Numbered from the stretch's first letter, positions 46,642 through 55,986 are shown. The stretch is DNA of 60,262 bases from an uncultured Acidobacteriaceae bacterium (GCA_964250195.1 CAXUEU010000003.1:1-60262), one strand, 5' to 3'. Translations and numbers: made by a program. The notes: a model not told the origin generated them from the sequence alone.

Positions 46642-47286
46642 GCTGCTCTGTTTGGCGGCAGGCTTGCCCAGAGCGGCTTCCACGTAAGGCAGCACCGTCC
46701 GCGCCACTTTCTCGTACCCTTGCCCGTTCGGGTGGATGTAGTCCGAGCTCATCATTCCCGGCACGCCGTAGACCCCGTCGAGGAAAAACGGGATGTCCGG
46801 AATCTTGTACGTGGACGCGAGCTGCCCATAGAGCGGAAACAAGCCCTGGAACGAAGGGCTGTGCATCGTGGGCGGCAGCATCGGCAGCAAGGGCCGCATG
46901 TCGAGCCCGGCCAGAATCACCTTGGCGTGCCCGGCCTGCAGCTGCTCGACGATGAGGCGCAGGTTGCGCTCCGTCTCCGCCGTGGGCTTGCCGTAGATGG
47001 CGTCGTTCGCGCCCAGCTCCAGCACCACGACATCGGGGTGTCCGGCGAGCACCTGAGATACGCGCGGCAGGGCATCCCCGGTCACGATGCCCGCTACGCC
47101 CTCGTTGACCACGGTGACCCCGTAGCCGGCGGCGAGGAGGTCCTTGCGAAGGAAGTCGGGGTAGCTCTCGCCCGCCGCCGCGCCGGTTCCGGCGGTCAGC
47201 GAGTCGCCGAAGCAGAGGACGGTTGGAGTTTCGGCGAGCGCGGTGGAGGCGGTGAGCAGCGCGATCAGGAGCAGTTTCGGACCCAT
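46636..47286 (-). CDS. SGNH/GDSL arylesterase (TesA-like)
   Basis: FGDSLTAG, ELGAND, DYIHPN. Confidence 0.9.
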   Translation of the reverse strand: MGPKLLLIALLTASTALAETPTVLCFGDSLTAGTGAAAGESYPDFLRKDLLAAGYGVTVVNEGVAGIVTGDALPRVSQVLAGHPDVVVLELGANDAIYGKPTAETERNLRLIVEQLQAGHAKVILAGLDMRPLLPMLPPTMHSPSFQGLFPLYGQLASTYKIPDIPFFLDGVYGVPGMMSSDYIHPNGQGYEKVARTVLPYVEAALGKPAAKQSSL

Positions 47287-47306
47287 GGCAACAGGCTACA
47301 CGGCCT

Positions 47307-47855
47307 CTACTCGGACGGGTCGATGAGCAGCAGCCCCGTGCGGGCGTCCGGCTTCTTGGCGAGCGGTTTCGTGTCGACAGTCAAGAAAACCTCCAGAGTC
47401 GGGTCCACGCGCAGTTCAAAGACGTGTCCGCCCACCGTGGTGCCGTCCGGGCGGCCGAGCACGGCATGGGTGTGCACCACCGGCTTGCCGTCATGCGCCG
47501 CAATGTCCCCGACCATGGAGAGAACCTCGGTCTGGCCGGGGACCGGGATCGCCCGGTACTGCTTCTTCCCGAGGTCGAACCAGGCAAGCAGCGCGCTCTG
47601 GGCCGCGCCGATCGCGGTGAAGTGCGCGTCGGCGATGCCGTGCGCGATCGCGAAGTCGGTGATGCCGCTGAACGCCTCGTCGCCGTGCGAAAACACGAGC
47701 GTGTACACCTGCTCGTCCGGCGTGGACTTGAGCAGTTTGGCACGCATGCCGGGGGCCAGGCCGGTGGGGGTAGGATGGCTGGGCGGGATGTATGTTTGCG
47801 CGTGGACGGGCAGCGAAGTTGCAAAAAGAAAAGCAAGTGCAAGTATCAGGCGCAT
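47307..47855 (-). CDS. PPC/DUF296 domain protein with signal peptide
   Basis: HFTAIGA, EVLSMVGDI, VHTHAVLG..GGHV, PTLEV. Confidence 0.82.
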   Translation of the reverse strand: MRLILALAFLFATSLPVHAQTYIPPSHPTPTGLAPGMRAKLLKSTPDEQVYTLVFSHGDEAFSGITDFAIAHGIADAHFTAIGAAQSALLAWFDLGKKQYRAIPVPGQTEVLSMVGDIAAHDGKPVVHTHAVLGRPDGTTVGGHVFELRVDPTLEVFLTVDTKPLAKKPDARTGLLLIDPSE

Positions 47856-47961
47856 CTGGGGGCTCTCCACGTTGGAGTGTTACACGGGAGATATTCGTGA
47901 CCTCCGTACTCTTTCCGAAACAGTCGAGCGCGCCGTAGTCTTGCTCCAGCGAGAAGGGGAG

Positions 47962-49278
47962 ATGCGGCCAACCATAGAACTCTCCATGATCGTCAAGAAC
48001 GGGGCCGCCGGGCTGGCGCGGTGTCTGGGGAGCGTACATGGAATCGCCGACCGGATCGTGATCGGCGATACGGGCTCCACCGATGGCGGCATGGCCATCG
48101 CCAAGTCGTACGGAGCCGAGGTGTTCGACGTTGCGTGGACGGACGATTACGCGGCGGCGCGCAACCGCGTGCTCGCGCGCGCGACATGCGACTGGGTGCT
48201 GGTTCTCGATGCGGACGAGCAGCTTGACCCTGCTGCTCGCGAAATCCTGCCTGTGCTGGCAGCGAGCGACAGCGCCGACGCTTTCCAGTCCGCGGTCCGG
48301 AGCTATGTGGACGCGCTCGACTATCGCGCGAACGGCTGTGCCGCGAAAGTAAACGACTCCACGCTGGAGCGGGCCGCTGCTCACCCCGCTTACTTCGAGA
48401 CGCTCAATACCCGGTTGTTCCGGCGAGACCCCGAGATCTATTTCGAACACTCGGTCCACGAAAGCGTGCTCGACCGGCTTATCGAGCTCGGGCGCAAACG
48501 AGCCCATGCGCCCTTCGTCATTCATCACTTCGGCTACGTTGAAGACGCGCCCGAGGAGCGGACAGGCAAAACCGCGTTTTACGGCAAGCTCAGCCGCCGA
48601 AAAGCCGAGGCGGAGCCCGAGAACGGCTGGGCGCAGCTTGAGATGGGTATGCATGCCCTGGACTGCGAGAAAGACTGCCGGGCGGCGCTGCCATTTCTTA
48701 CCAGGGCCTGCTCGCTCGATCCCGGCTCGGCCATGGCCCGGCTGTATGCGGGCATCTGCCATTTGCGCCTCGGCGCGCAGGGCGAAGCACGCCGCCACCT
48801 TCGGCGAGCGTTGGAGCTCCAACCCGAGAACGCTCTGGCGCATGCAAGCCTGGGAGACCTCTCCTTTGCCCTCGCCGAGTACGGCGCGGCTCGCGAGCAG
48901 TTTCACCGCGCCCGGGAGCTCGGCGATGCCTCGCCGCTTTGCCTGGCAAAGCTGGGGTCCTCCGAGGTACAGCTGGGTTCGGGCGTCGCAGGGATGGAGA
49001 AGCTGCAAGCCGCGGCGGCGCTTGCGCCCGGTTCCGCTGAAATCCTCGACATGGTCGCGGTGGCGGCGCTGCTTGCCGGACAAAGGAGCGCGGCGAAGGA
49101 GGCGGTTGTGCGTCGCGCGGAGCTTGGCCCCCTGAGCAGCTTCGGGAGCCTGGTGGCTGCCTCGGTGTACCTCCACATCGGCTGCCGCGCGCAAGCAGCG
49201 GCGGTCCTCGACGAGGCCCTGGCGCGGTTTCCGGGCGACGCGCAACTGGCCGCGCTCGCCAAGAGCGCGGCATCCTGA
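47962..49278 (+). CDS. GT2 glycosyltransferase with TPR repeats
   Basis: SMIVKN, DTGSTD, AARN, LDADE, VHE, HHFGY; helical TPR-like C-terminus. Confidence 0.87.
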   Translation: MRPTIELSMIVKNGAAGLARCLGSVHGIADRIVIGDTGSTDGGMAIAKSYGAEVFDVAWTDDYAAARNRVLARATCDWVLVLDADEQLDPAAREILPVLAASDSADAFQSAVRSYVDALDYRANGCAAKVNDSTLERAAAHPAYFETLNTRLFRRDPEIYFEHSVHESVLDRLIELGRKRAHAPFVIHHFGYVEDAPEERTGKTAFYGKLSRRKAEAEPENGWAQLEMGMHALDCEKDCRAALPFLTRACSLDPGSAMARLYAGICHLRLGAQGEARRHLRRALELQPENALAHASLGDLSFALAEYGAAREQFHRARELGDASPLCLAKLGSSEVQLGSGVAGMEKLQAAAALAPGSAEILDMVAVAALLAGQRSAAKEAVVRRAELGPLSSFGSLVAASVYLHIGCRAQAAAVLDEALARFPGDAQLAALAKSAAS

Positions 49279-49380
49279 AGGCACCTTCCGGAGAAGGCGT
49301 CGCTGCATCCCACATCCTGCTCCGCGGCGCGAGTGGCCACACACTGAGTCGGCTTCTTTGAACCTTAGGCGCGGGGGCGC

Positions 49381-50370
49381 TCACCCCAGCAGACGCGCCG
49401 CGGCCTGGGCGAAGTACGTGACGAGGAACCCCGCCCCGGCGCGCCGGAGGCCCACCAGCGATTCCAAAATAGCGCGGTCGCGGTCGAGCCAGCCTCGCTC
49501 GAAGGCGGCCTGCAGCATCGCATACTCGCCCGAAACCTGGTACGCCCCGAGCGGCGCGTCGAAGCGGTCGCGCGCCGCGCGGATCACATCCGCGTAGGGC
49601 ATCGCCGGCTTCATCAGAATCATGTCCGCGCCCTCCCCGAGGTCGGCCTCGATCTCGCGCATGGCCTCGCGCAGGTTGGCCCCATCCATCTGGTAAGCGC
49701 GGCGGTCGCCGAACTGCGGGGCGGAGTCGGCCGCTTCGCGGAACGGTCCATAAAAAGCCGACGCGAATTTGGCCGCGTAGCTCAGGATCGGGGTGTTTTC
49801 GAGCGAGGCGGCGTCGAGCGCGCGGCGGATCGCGGCGACCCGGCCGTCCATCATGTCGGAGGGCGCGACCACATCGGCCCCGGCACGGGCGAGCGAAACG
49901 GCGGTGCGGGCCAGCGGGATCAGCGAGCGGTCGTTGTGCACGTGCATCTCGCCGTCCACCGAGTGCAGCACGCCGCAGTGGCCGTGGGAGGTGTACTCGC
50001 ACAGGCAGACGTCGGCGATCAGGACCAGACCCCGCAGCGCGGCCGATGCCTTGAGCCGGCGCAGACCCTGCTGGACGATGCCGTCCTCGGCCCACGCGCC
50101 GGAGCCCTCCTCGTCCTTGCTTTCGGGCAGGCCGAAGAGCAGCAGGCCGCCGATGCCCAACCGGGCCGCGGTTTCGGCCTCGCGCTGCGCTTCGTCGAGC
50201 GACAGGTTGAAGACGCCGGGCATGGAGCGGATCTCGCGCCGCACACCCTCGCCGGGGCACAGGAACAGCGGCAGGATCAGCTGCGAGGGCTCGAGCTGAG
50301 TTTCGCGGACCAGGGAGCGCAGCGCCGGGGTTTGGCGCAGGCGGCGCAGGCGGAGAAAGGGAGTGTCCAT
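49381..50370 (-). CDS. hemB: Porphobilinogen synthase
   Basis: [42 protein letters not shown]. Confidence 0.96.
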   Translation of the reverse strand: MDTPFLRLRRLRQTPALRSLVRETQLEPSQLILPLFLCPGEGVRREIRSMPGVFNLSLDEAQREAETAARLGIGGLLLFGLPESKDEEGSGAWAEDGIVQQGLRRLKASAALRGLVLIADVCLCEYTSHGHCGVLHSVDGEMHVHNDRSLIPLARTAVSLARAGADVVAPSDMMDGRVAAIRRALDAASLENTPILSYAAKFASAFYGPFREAADSAPQFGDRRAYQMDGANLREAMREIEADLGEGADMILMKPAMPYADVIRAARDRFDAPLGAYQVSGEYAMLQAAFERGWLDRDRAILESLVGLRRAGAGFLVTYFAQAAARLLG

Positions 50371-50451
50371 AAAAAGAGGGTAGTGGAGGCTGGAGCCTGG
50401 ACCCGTTCGGCTGCGCCGTTCGTTCCGGAAAGACCGGTGCAAAGACCGGCT

Positions 50452-50706
50452 TCAGCGATTCGCCTCGAGATCGCCGATGCGCTGCTCATGGATCTTGAGC
50501 ACCTGCGCCAGGAGGCCGGTGGTGTCGGCCAGCGTGTCCACTTTCAGGCCCAGCTTATCCACGGTGACCACAAGCGTATCCACTTTGACCGCGAGGGTAT
50601 CCACCGTTTGCGTCAGGTGCCGCATGTCGGCGTGAAGCAGCTCCAAGCTTTGCGCGAGAGCTTCGTGCCGCTCCGTGAGCTTTTCGATCCGCTCGTCGGC
50701 CGTCAT
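50452..50706 (-). CDS. Small coiled-coil hypothetical protein
   Basis: Heptads VDTLAVK/VDTLVVT/VDKLGLK/VDTLADT; TAGGAT-N6-ATG. Confidence 0.65.
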   Translation of the reverse strand: MTADERIEKLTERHEALAQSLELLHADMRHLTQTVDTLAVKVDTLVVTVDKLGLKVDTLADTTGLLAQVLKIHEQRIGDLEANR

Positions 50707-50790
50707 GGGTCGATCCTAGCAGCGCATCGCTTGCCATAGCGTCGAACCCATCCCGCATCCCGCGAGCGGCGATCCCGCATCCACCTGCGT

Positions 50791-51231
50791 ATGGCGTCCG
50801 AAAAGAAAGCCCCAGCAAAAACGAAGCCGGCGAAGGCAGCCGCCAAGAAGACCCCGGCGAAGAAGCAGCCGACAAAAAACCCGAAAGGCGGGCTGACCGC
50901 GGCGGGGCGCAAGATGTTCGCAGAGAAGGAGGGAGCGCACCTGAAGCCCGGAGTGCAGGGCCCGGCGAACACCCTGGAGAAGATGGTACGCAAGGGGTCG
51001 TTCCTGCGCCGGCACTTCGCCAACCCGCAGGGGCCCATGGAGCGGGACGGCGAGCCGACGCGCCTGGCGCTGTCGGCCCATGCCTGGGGCGAGCAGGTGC
51101 CGCACACCGACGCGGACGCGAAGAAGCTGGCCGCGAAGGGGAGCGAGCTGCTGGACGAGTATCACGAGGCCAAGGGTGACGGGAACGCTTCCGGCAAGCC
51201 TCGGAAGAAAGCCGCGGCGAAGCACGCCTGA
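50791..51231 (+). CDS. Basic hypothetical protein (DUF6321-like)
   Basis: KNPKGGLTAAGR..LKPGV..RKGSFL..PTRLALSAHAWGE; Lys/Ala-rich termini. Confidence 0.65.
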   Translation: MASEKKAPAKTKPAKAAAKKTPAKKQPTKNPKGGLTAAGRKMFAEKEGAHLKPGVQGPANTLEKMVRKGSFLRRHFANPQGPMERDGEPTRLALSAHAWGEQVPHTDADAKKLAAKGSELLDEYHEAKGDGNASGKPRKKAAAKHA

Positions 51232-51243
51232 CAGGCAGCCTTT

Positions 51244-51285
51244 CCGTCGAAGCAGCCGCGCGCGGGTCCGCGGCTGCTTCGACGG
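51244..51285. terminator. Perfect 17-bp inverted repeat between convergent genes
   Basis: CCGTCGAAGCAGCCGCG-N8-CGCGGCTGCTTCGACGG. Confidence 0.7.
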
Positions 51286-51288
51286 GAG

Positions 51289-51862
51289 TTAAGCGGTATA
51301 GCGTGCGTTGCTGCCCAGAGCGATGTCGAGAACAGTGCCGCTCCCAAAGCGCCCCAGCGGGAAAGCCGGATAGAGCGGGCCGGAGGCGATGTCCTCGGGC
51401 GCGAGAATGGCGGTCGGAAGGGCGTTCATCATCGCATTCATCTCGAGCCAGCCCGCCCGGGTGGGATTGTTGGGATTAATCCACTGCCAGCCCGCCTGGT
51501 TGTCCGCGAGAACGGTTTCGGCAATGCTCTGGATGGGTGCGTTGTAGGGAGTTGATCCCGGCGTTCGCGACCAGGATGTCAACTCGTCCGAAGCTGCCGA
51601 TCGCGGTATTGACCGCGCCCTGCATGGCGGAGAGACTGCGCGTGTCCGCGACTCCCCGCACGAATTGACGCCGACATAGTTGACGATCTTGCCGGTGGTG
51701 TCGAGATCCTGCCGGGTCGCGAGCGAGTAGGGCGCGGTCGCGATCTGGGCGGGGATGTCGACGCCGACGATAGCGGCACCAGCGGCGGCATAAAAATGCG
51801 GCGAACGCCTGGCCGATGCCGCGGGCCGCGCCGGTGATGACGGCGGCTTTCCCGCTCAGCAA
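51289..51862 (-). pseudogene. Short-chain dehydrogenase remnant with frameshifts and deletion
   Basis: GKAAVITGAARGIG, ADTRS, FGRVDILVANAGI, ILAPEDIA, GTVLDIALG spread over several frames; no YxxxK region seen. Confidence 0.7.
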
Positions 51863-52088
51863 GGTTTGCAGGCTGGTGGGGACGACGAAGCCGCTGGGGG
51901 AGCGGAACGCCGTTTCGGCCCGAGGCTTGCGCCTCAGCCGGGGTAGCCGCGGCGGAAAGGCCTACAGAGGCCGGCTGTTGAGATTCTTCTAAATGCTTAC
52001 GAGCTTAAGATATTGCTGCTAGAGTAAAGAACAGCACCCACCGGCGAGCATTCAAGGATGAGCAGCCCGGGTTCCGAGGTGGATTTCT

Positions 52089-53342
52089 GTGACAAGGCAG
52101 TGGCGTCTTTTGGCAGCGCTCTCCCTGGGAGGCCCGCTGTTCGCGCAAGCACCGTTGACAGTGGATGCGGGTGTGCCCTTGCACGTAACCCTGACGCGGA
52201 CAGCGAGCATGAAGATAGGCGCGCCGGTCGAGGGTGTTCTGTCCGAGCCTGTTTGGGTCTACGACCGCGTGGCGTGGCCCAAGGGCGCGGTAGTGCGGGG
52301 CGAGGTTGCGTCCCTGGCCCCGCTCGAAGGCGAGGAGCGTTTGCGGGCGCGGTTGGACGGTGATTTGACCCCGCTCAAGAAGCCCGTGCTGCGCTGGACC
52401 AGCATGGAGGACGGCGAGACCCGCACGGCCCTGGACGCCGAGGGCGTGGAGCGGGATACGCAGCCTGTCCGATTCACGGGGCCGCAAAAGCGGGGTCTGC
52501 GCGCGACGGCCTCCAGCTTAATACAGGAAAAGTGGGCGTCCGTGCAGGACGAGGTGCTGGCCCCGGGCAAGATGGACCGCGTGAAGCGCCTGGCCTACAG
52601 TCAGCTGCCGTACCACCCACAGCGGGTGTGGCGCGGGACGGAGTTCGTGGCGGACCTGCAACAGCCCGTGAAGCTGGATATGCCGGAGAAGGCGGGCGCG
52701 CATCTGGTGGACGCTTCGGAGATGGCCGGCAGTTTGCCGCCGGAGACCACGGTGCGGGCGCGTCTGGTGACGGCGCTCGACTCCGACTCGACGAAGCAGG
52801 GTACTCCCGTGACGGCGCTGGTGACCGAGCCGGTGTGGAGCGCGAACAAGCAGCTGGTGCTGCCGGAGGGCGCTCGGCTCCAGGGCACTGTGCTGAGAGT
52901 CAAGCCTTCAAAAAGTTTAGGCCGCAACGGGGCGCTGCGGTTTACGTTCAAGGACGTGCAGCGGCCCGACGAGCAGCCCGAAAAGCTGCGCGGGACGGTC
53001 ACCGGCGCGGAGGGCGCATCGGCTGAAAACCTCGAGGTGGACGACGAGGGCGAGGTCAAGGCGCAGCCGGCGAAAAACCGGTTCGCGGCGCCTTTGCTGC
53101 TGGCCGCGCTCGCCGCGGGCGGGCACGACTCGGACGGCGGCGCGGGGCGGCAGGTGGTTGCGTCGAACGGCTTGGGTGTGGTGGCGAGGATTGTGTCCGG
53201 CGTCGCGGCCAGCCCGAACGCGGCGGCCGGGTTCGGGGCCTATGGGTTTGCGAAGAGCATCTACTTTCGATTCCTGCGCCGGGGCAAGCCGGTCACGTTT
53301 CCGAAAGATACGGTAGTCGAGGTGGCATTCGGGGGCCGGTAG
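52089..53342 (+). CDS. Secreted hypothetical protein with a duplicated TrbI/VirB10-like beta domain
   Basis: Signal peptide; two similar segments (..EPVWVYDRVAWPKGAVVRGEV and ..EPVWSANKQLVLPEGARLQGTV). Confidence 0.7.
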   Translation: MTRQWRLLAALSLGGPLFAQAPLTVDAGVPLHVTLTRTASMKIGAPVEGVLSEPVWVYDRVAWPKGAVVRGEVASLAPLEGEERLRARLDGDLTPLKKPVLRWTSMEDGETRTALDAEGVERDTQPVRFTGPQKRGLRATASSLIQEKWASVQDEVLAPGKMDRVKRLAYSQLPYHPQRVWRGTEFVADLQQPVKLDMPEKAGAHLVDASEMAGSLPPETTVRARLVTALDSDSTKQGTPVTALVTEPVWSANKQLVLPEGARLQGTVLRVKPSKSLGRNGALRFTFKDVQRPDEQPEKLRGTVTGAEGASAENLEVDDEGEVKAQPAKNRFAAPLLLAALAAGGHDSDGGAGRQVVASNGLGVVARIVSGVAASPNAAAGFGAYGFAKSIYFRFLRRGKPVTFPKDTVVEVAFGGR

Positions 53343-53354
53343 TCTTGGTCACGG

Positions 53355-53391
53355 CATGGAAAAGAGCGGCTCGGCGCCGCTCTTTTCCATG
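53355..53391. terminator. Perfect 16-bp hairpin, likely bidirectional terminator
   Basis: CATGGAAAAGAGCGGC-TCGGC-GCCGCTCTTTTCCATG. Confidence 0.8.
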
Positions 53392-53507
53392 TTCCGGGCC
53401 GCAAGCGGTCTCATGAAGCCGCAGCCTTGGGGACGCCGCATGAGACCCGCCGCAAAGCGGGGCTCACGAGGATGGCCGAAGGCGCAAAACTACTTGCGCG
53501 ATCGCTT

Positions 53508-53816
53508 CTAGTGCTTCGTTTTCGCGTCCGCCGCGGCCTCCTTCGCCTCGTCGGCGGCAGTCTCCTGCTTGTCTTCGACGACGCGGCCCGTATCGGCATC
53601 GACGTTCACCTCGCGGGTGTGTCCTTCGCGGTCGATGTCGAAGGAGTAGATCCAGCGGCCTTTTTCGTGCTCCAGCTCGCCGGACTTCACGCTGCCGGAC
53701 TCGCGGGCCAGGGCGACGGTTTTCGCATCGGCCATGGACAGCTTGGTTTTGGGCGCTGCATAGCTCGCGCCTAGGGTAAGAAGAATCAGGGTGGAAAAGC
53801 AGGCGAGATCGCGCAT
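53508..53816 (-). CDS. PepSY domain protein
   Basis: Signal peptide; SMADAKTVAL, ELEHEKGRWIYSFDI, EVNVDADTGRVV. Confidence 0.85.
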   Translation of the reverse strand: MRDLACFSTLILLTLGASYAAPKTKLSMADAKTVALARESGSVKSGELEHEKGRWIYSFDIDREGHTREVNVDADTGRVVEDKQETAADEAKEAAADAKTKH

Positions 53817-53877
53817 GATTTGGGGCTCCTTGCACGTAGTCTGGCATGCAAGTCTTAAGTCTTTCTGAATTGCGCGC

Positions 53878-54441
53878 TCAGGCTTCCGGCTGCCCTTCCA
53901 GTTCGCGCCAAAGATCGGCGAGCGGTACCGCAACGGGCGTACCCGGGACGGTGAGGATGGCGGCCGCGGAGCCCTCGGCGGGTTCGTGGAGACCGCGCTC
54001 GTCGGCGTGAAAGGCGCGCAAGTCATACGGGTCGATGACCCAGATATGCTCGACGCCGAAGCGCACGTAATCGCGGACCTTGCGCATCAGGCGCGTGTTG
54101 GAGTCCTCCGGCGAGAGAATCTCGATCGCGATAAGCGGCGGCGTGCGGAGGACAGTTTGCGGCGGCACATCGCCGCGGACCACGGTGACAGCTGGAATTC
54201 GGTAGTTCGTGAGCGCGGCCTGAACCCGGTATTCAGGGTGTACGCGAACACCCCAGGCTTCGCGATTGTTCCAGAAGAGGGCAGTCAGGAACGCTTGAAC
54301 GATGGTGTGCGCGTACTGGCCCATGTTTCTCTCCTCGACGACGCCGTCCACGTACTCGCGGTCCGGATGGTAGCTGGTGCGCAGGTACTCCTCGACGGAA
54401 ACAAGAACCGGGTGCGGGGCCGGGTTGGGAAGCGCGCTCAT
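53878..54441 (-). CDS. Uma2 family putative endonuclease
   Basis: SVEEYLRTSYHPDREYVDG, YRIPAV (D to A), AIEILSPED, IWVIDP. Confidence 0.85.
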   Translation of the reverse strand: MSALPNPAPHPVLVSVEEYLRTSYHPDREYVDGVVEERNMGQYAHTIVQAFLTALFWNNREAWGVRVHPEYRVQAALTNYRIPAVTVVRGDVPPQTVLRTPPLIAIEILSPEDSNTRLMRKVRDYVRFGVEHIWVIDPYDLRAFHADERGLHEPAEGSAAAILTVPGTPVAVPLADLWRELEGQPEA

Positions 54442-54534
54442 CGCAGGCAATCTCCTCCTCGCAGTATCGCCGAATGCCGGCAGGACGCGATACGGGAAAG
54501 CGTAAGATAAAGGGCGGTCAAGCGAGGTGCGGGG

Positions 54535-55986
54535 TTGGCGGGAGAGCAGACGGTATACGACGTAGCGATCGTGGGCGGCGGGCCCGCGGGCTACACGGCG
54601 GCGATTCGGGCTGGGCAAAACGGGTTGAAGGTGGCGCTGCTGGAGCGCGAAGACGCGCTGGGCGGCACGTGCCTGCACTGGGGCTGCATCCCGACCAAGG
54701 CCATGCTGTTCAACGCGGAAGTGTACGAGCTGATGGAGCACGCGGCGGAGTACGGCATCGAGGGCCTGGGAACGCCGACGCTGAACTGGCAAAAGGTGCT
54801 GGAGCGCAAGAACGGCATCATCGCCAAGCACGTCAAGGGCCTGGACTTTCTGATGAGGAAGAACAAGGTGACCGTGGTGCGGGGGCAGGCCAGGCTGACC
54901 GGCCCCGCGAAGGGCGGCATCCACACGGTTGCCGTCGAGAAGGCCTCGAACGGGGTTGGGGAAAAAGCCGAGGTGCGGGCGAAGAACGTCGTCATCGCCA
55001 CCGGTTCCGACGCGAAAAGCCTGCCTGGCCTCGTGATCGGCCCGGATGGGCGCAGCACGATCCTGACCAACAACGAAATCATCATGATGGACCGGGTACC
55101 TAAGTCGATCATCATCATCGGCTCGGGCGCGGTCGGGGTGGAGTTCGGGTCCATCTTCCGCTCGTTCGGCTCCGAGATCACGATCGTCGAGTACCTGCCG
55201 CGCATCGTGCCGGCCGAGGACGAGGATGTCTCGAAGGAGCTGCAGCGCACCTTCCGCAAGCGCGGCATCGACGTCCACACGGGCGCGAAAGTCGAAGGCG
55301 TGGAGCTGACCGAGGGCGGCGCGAAGGTGCGCTGGATCGCGGCGGACGGGAAAAAGATCGAGCGGGAGGCCGAGAAAGTGTTGATGGCCGTGGGCCGCGC
55401 GCCCCGCACCGACGGCATCGGCCTGGAGACTCTGCCCGGTATCGAGCTCGAGAAAGGCTTCATCAAGACCGACGAGTGGATGGCGACCGGCGTCGAGGGC
55501 GTCTTTGCGATCGGCGACATCGTCGCCGGGCTGCCGCAGCTGGCCCATGTGGGCGCGATGTGCGGCATCGTGGTCGCCTCCAAGCTGGGCGGCAAATACG
55601 CCCGGCCTGTCAAGCGCAACCGCATCCCGGCCTGCACCTACACCGAGCCGCAGATCGGCTCGGTCGGGCTGACCGAGGCCATGGCCAGGGAGAAGGGCCA
55701 CAACGTCAAGGTCGGCAAGTTTCCCTTCTCCGCCAACTCGAAAGCCTCGATCGTGAACCAGCACGACGGCTTCGTGAAGGTCGTCACCGACTCAAAATAC
55801 GGAGAGGTTTTGGGCGTGCACATCATCGGCGCCTCGGCGACCGAGCTGGTGGCCGAAGCGGTGGTCGCGATGGAGATGGAAGCGACGCTCGAGGAGTTGA
55901 TGTTCACCATCCACGCGCACCCGACGCTGGCTGAAGCGATGCTGGACGGGTTCGGCGCGGTGGAAGGGCTGGCGATCAACGTGTAA
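54535..55986 (+). CDS. lpdA: Dihydrolipoyl dehydrogenase
   Basis: GGGPAGY, GGTCLHWGCIPTK, GSGAVGVE, HAHPTLAE. Confidence 0.95.
   Translation: MAGEQTVYDVAIVGGGPAGYTAAIRAGQNGLKVALLEREDALGGTCLHWGCIPTKAMLFNAEVYELMEHAAEYGIEGLGTPTLNWQKVLERKNGIIAKHVKGLDFLMRKNKVTVVRGQARLTGPAKGGIHTVAVEKASNGVGEKAEVRAKNVVIATGSDAKSLPGLVIGPDGRSTILTNNEIIMMDRVPKSIIIIGSGAVGVEFGSIFRSFGSEITIVEYLPRIVPAEDEDVSKELQRTFRKRGIDVHTGAKVEGVELTEGGAKVRWIAADGKKIEREAEKVLMAVGRAPRTDGIGLETLPGIELEKGFIKTDEWMATGVEGVFAIGDIVAGLPQLAHVGAMCGIVVASKLGGKYARPVKRNRIPACTYTEPQIGSVGLTEAMAREKGHNVKVGKFPFSANSKASIVNQHDGFVKVVTDSKYGEVLGVHIIGASATELVAEAVVAMEMEATLEELMFTIHAHPTLAEAMLDGFGAVEGLAINV

Noticed and set aside
46720-49278. 852-aa ORF, and similarly 77..1594, 53878..55764, 25528..27252 and 40969..42273
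   Set aside because: High-GC shadow ORFs or spurious 5' extensions overlapping well-supported genes
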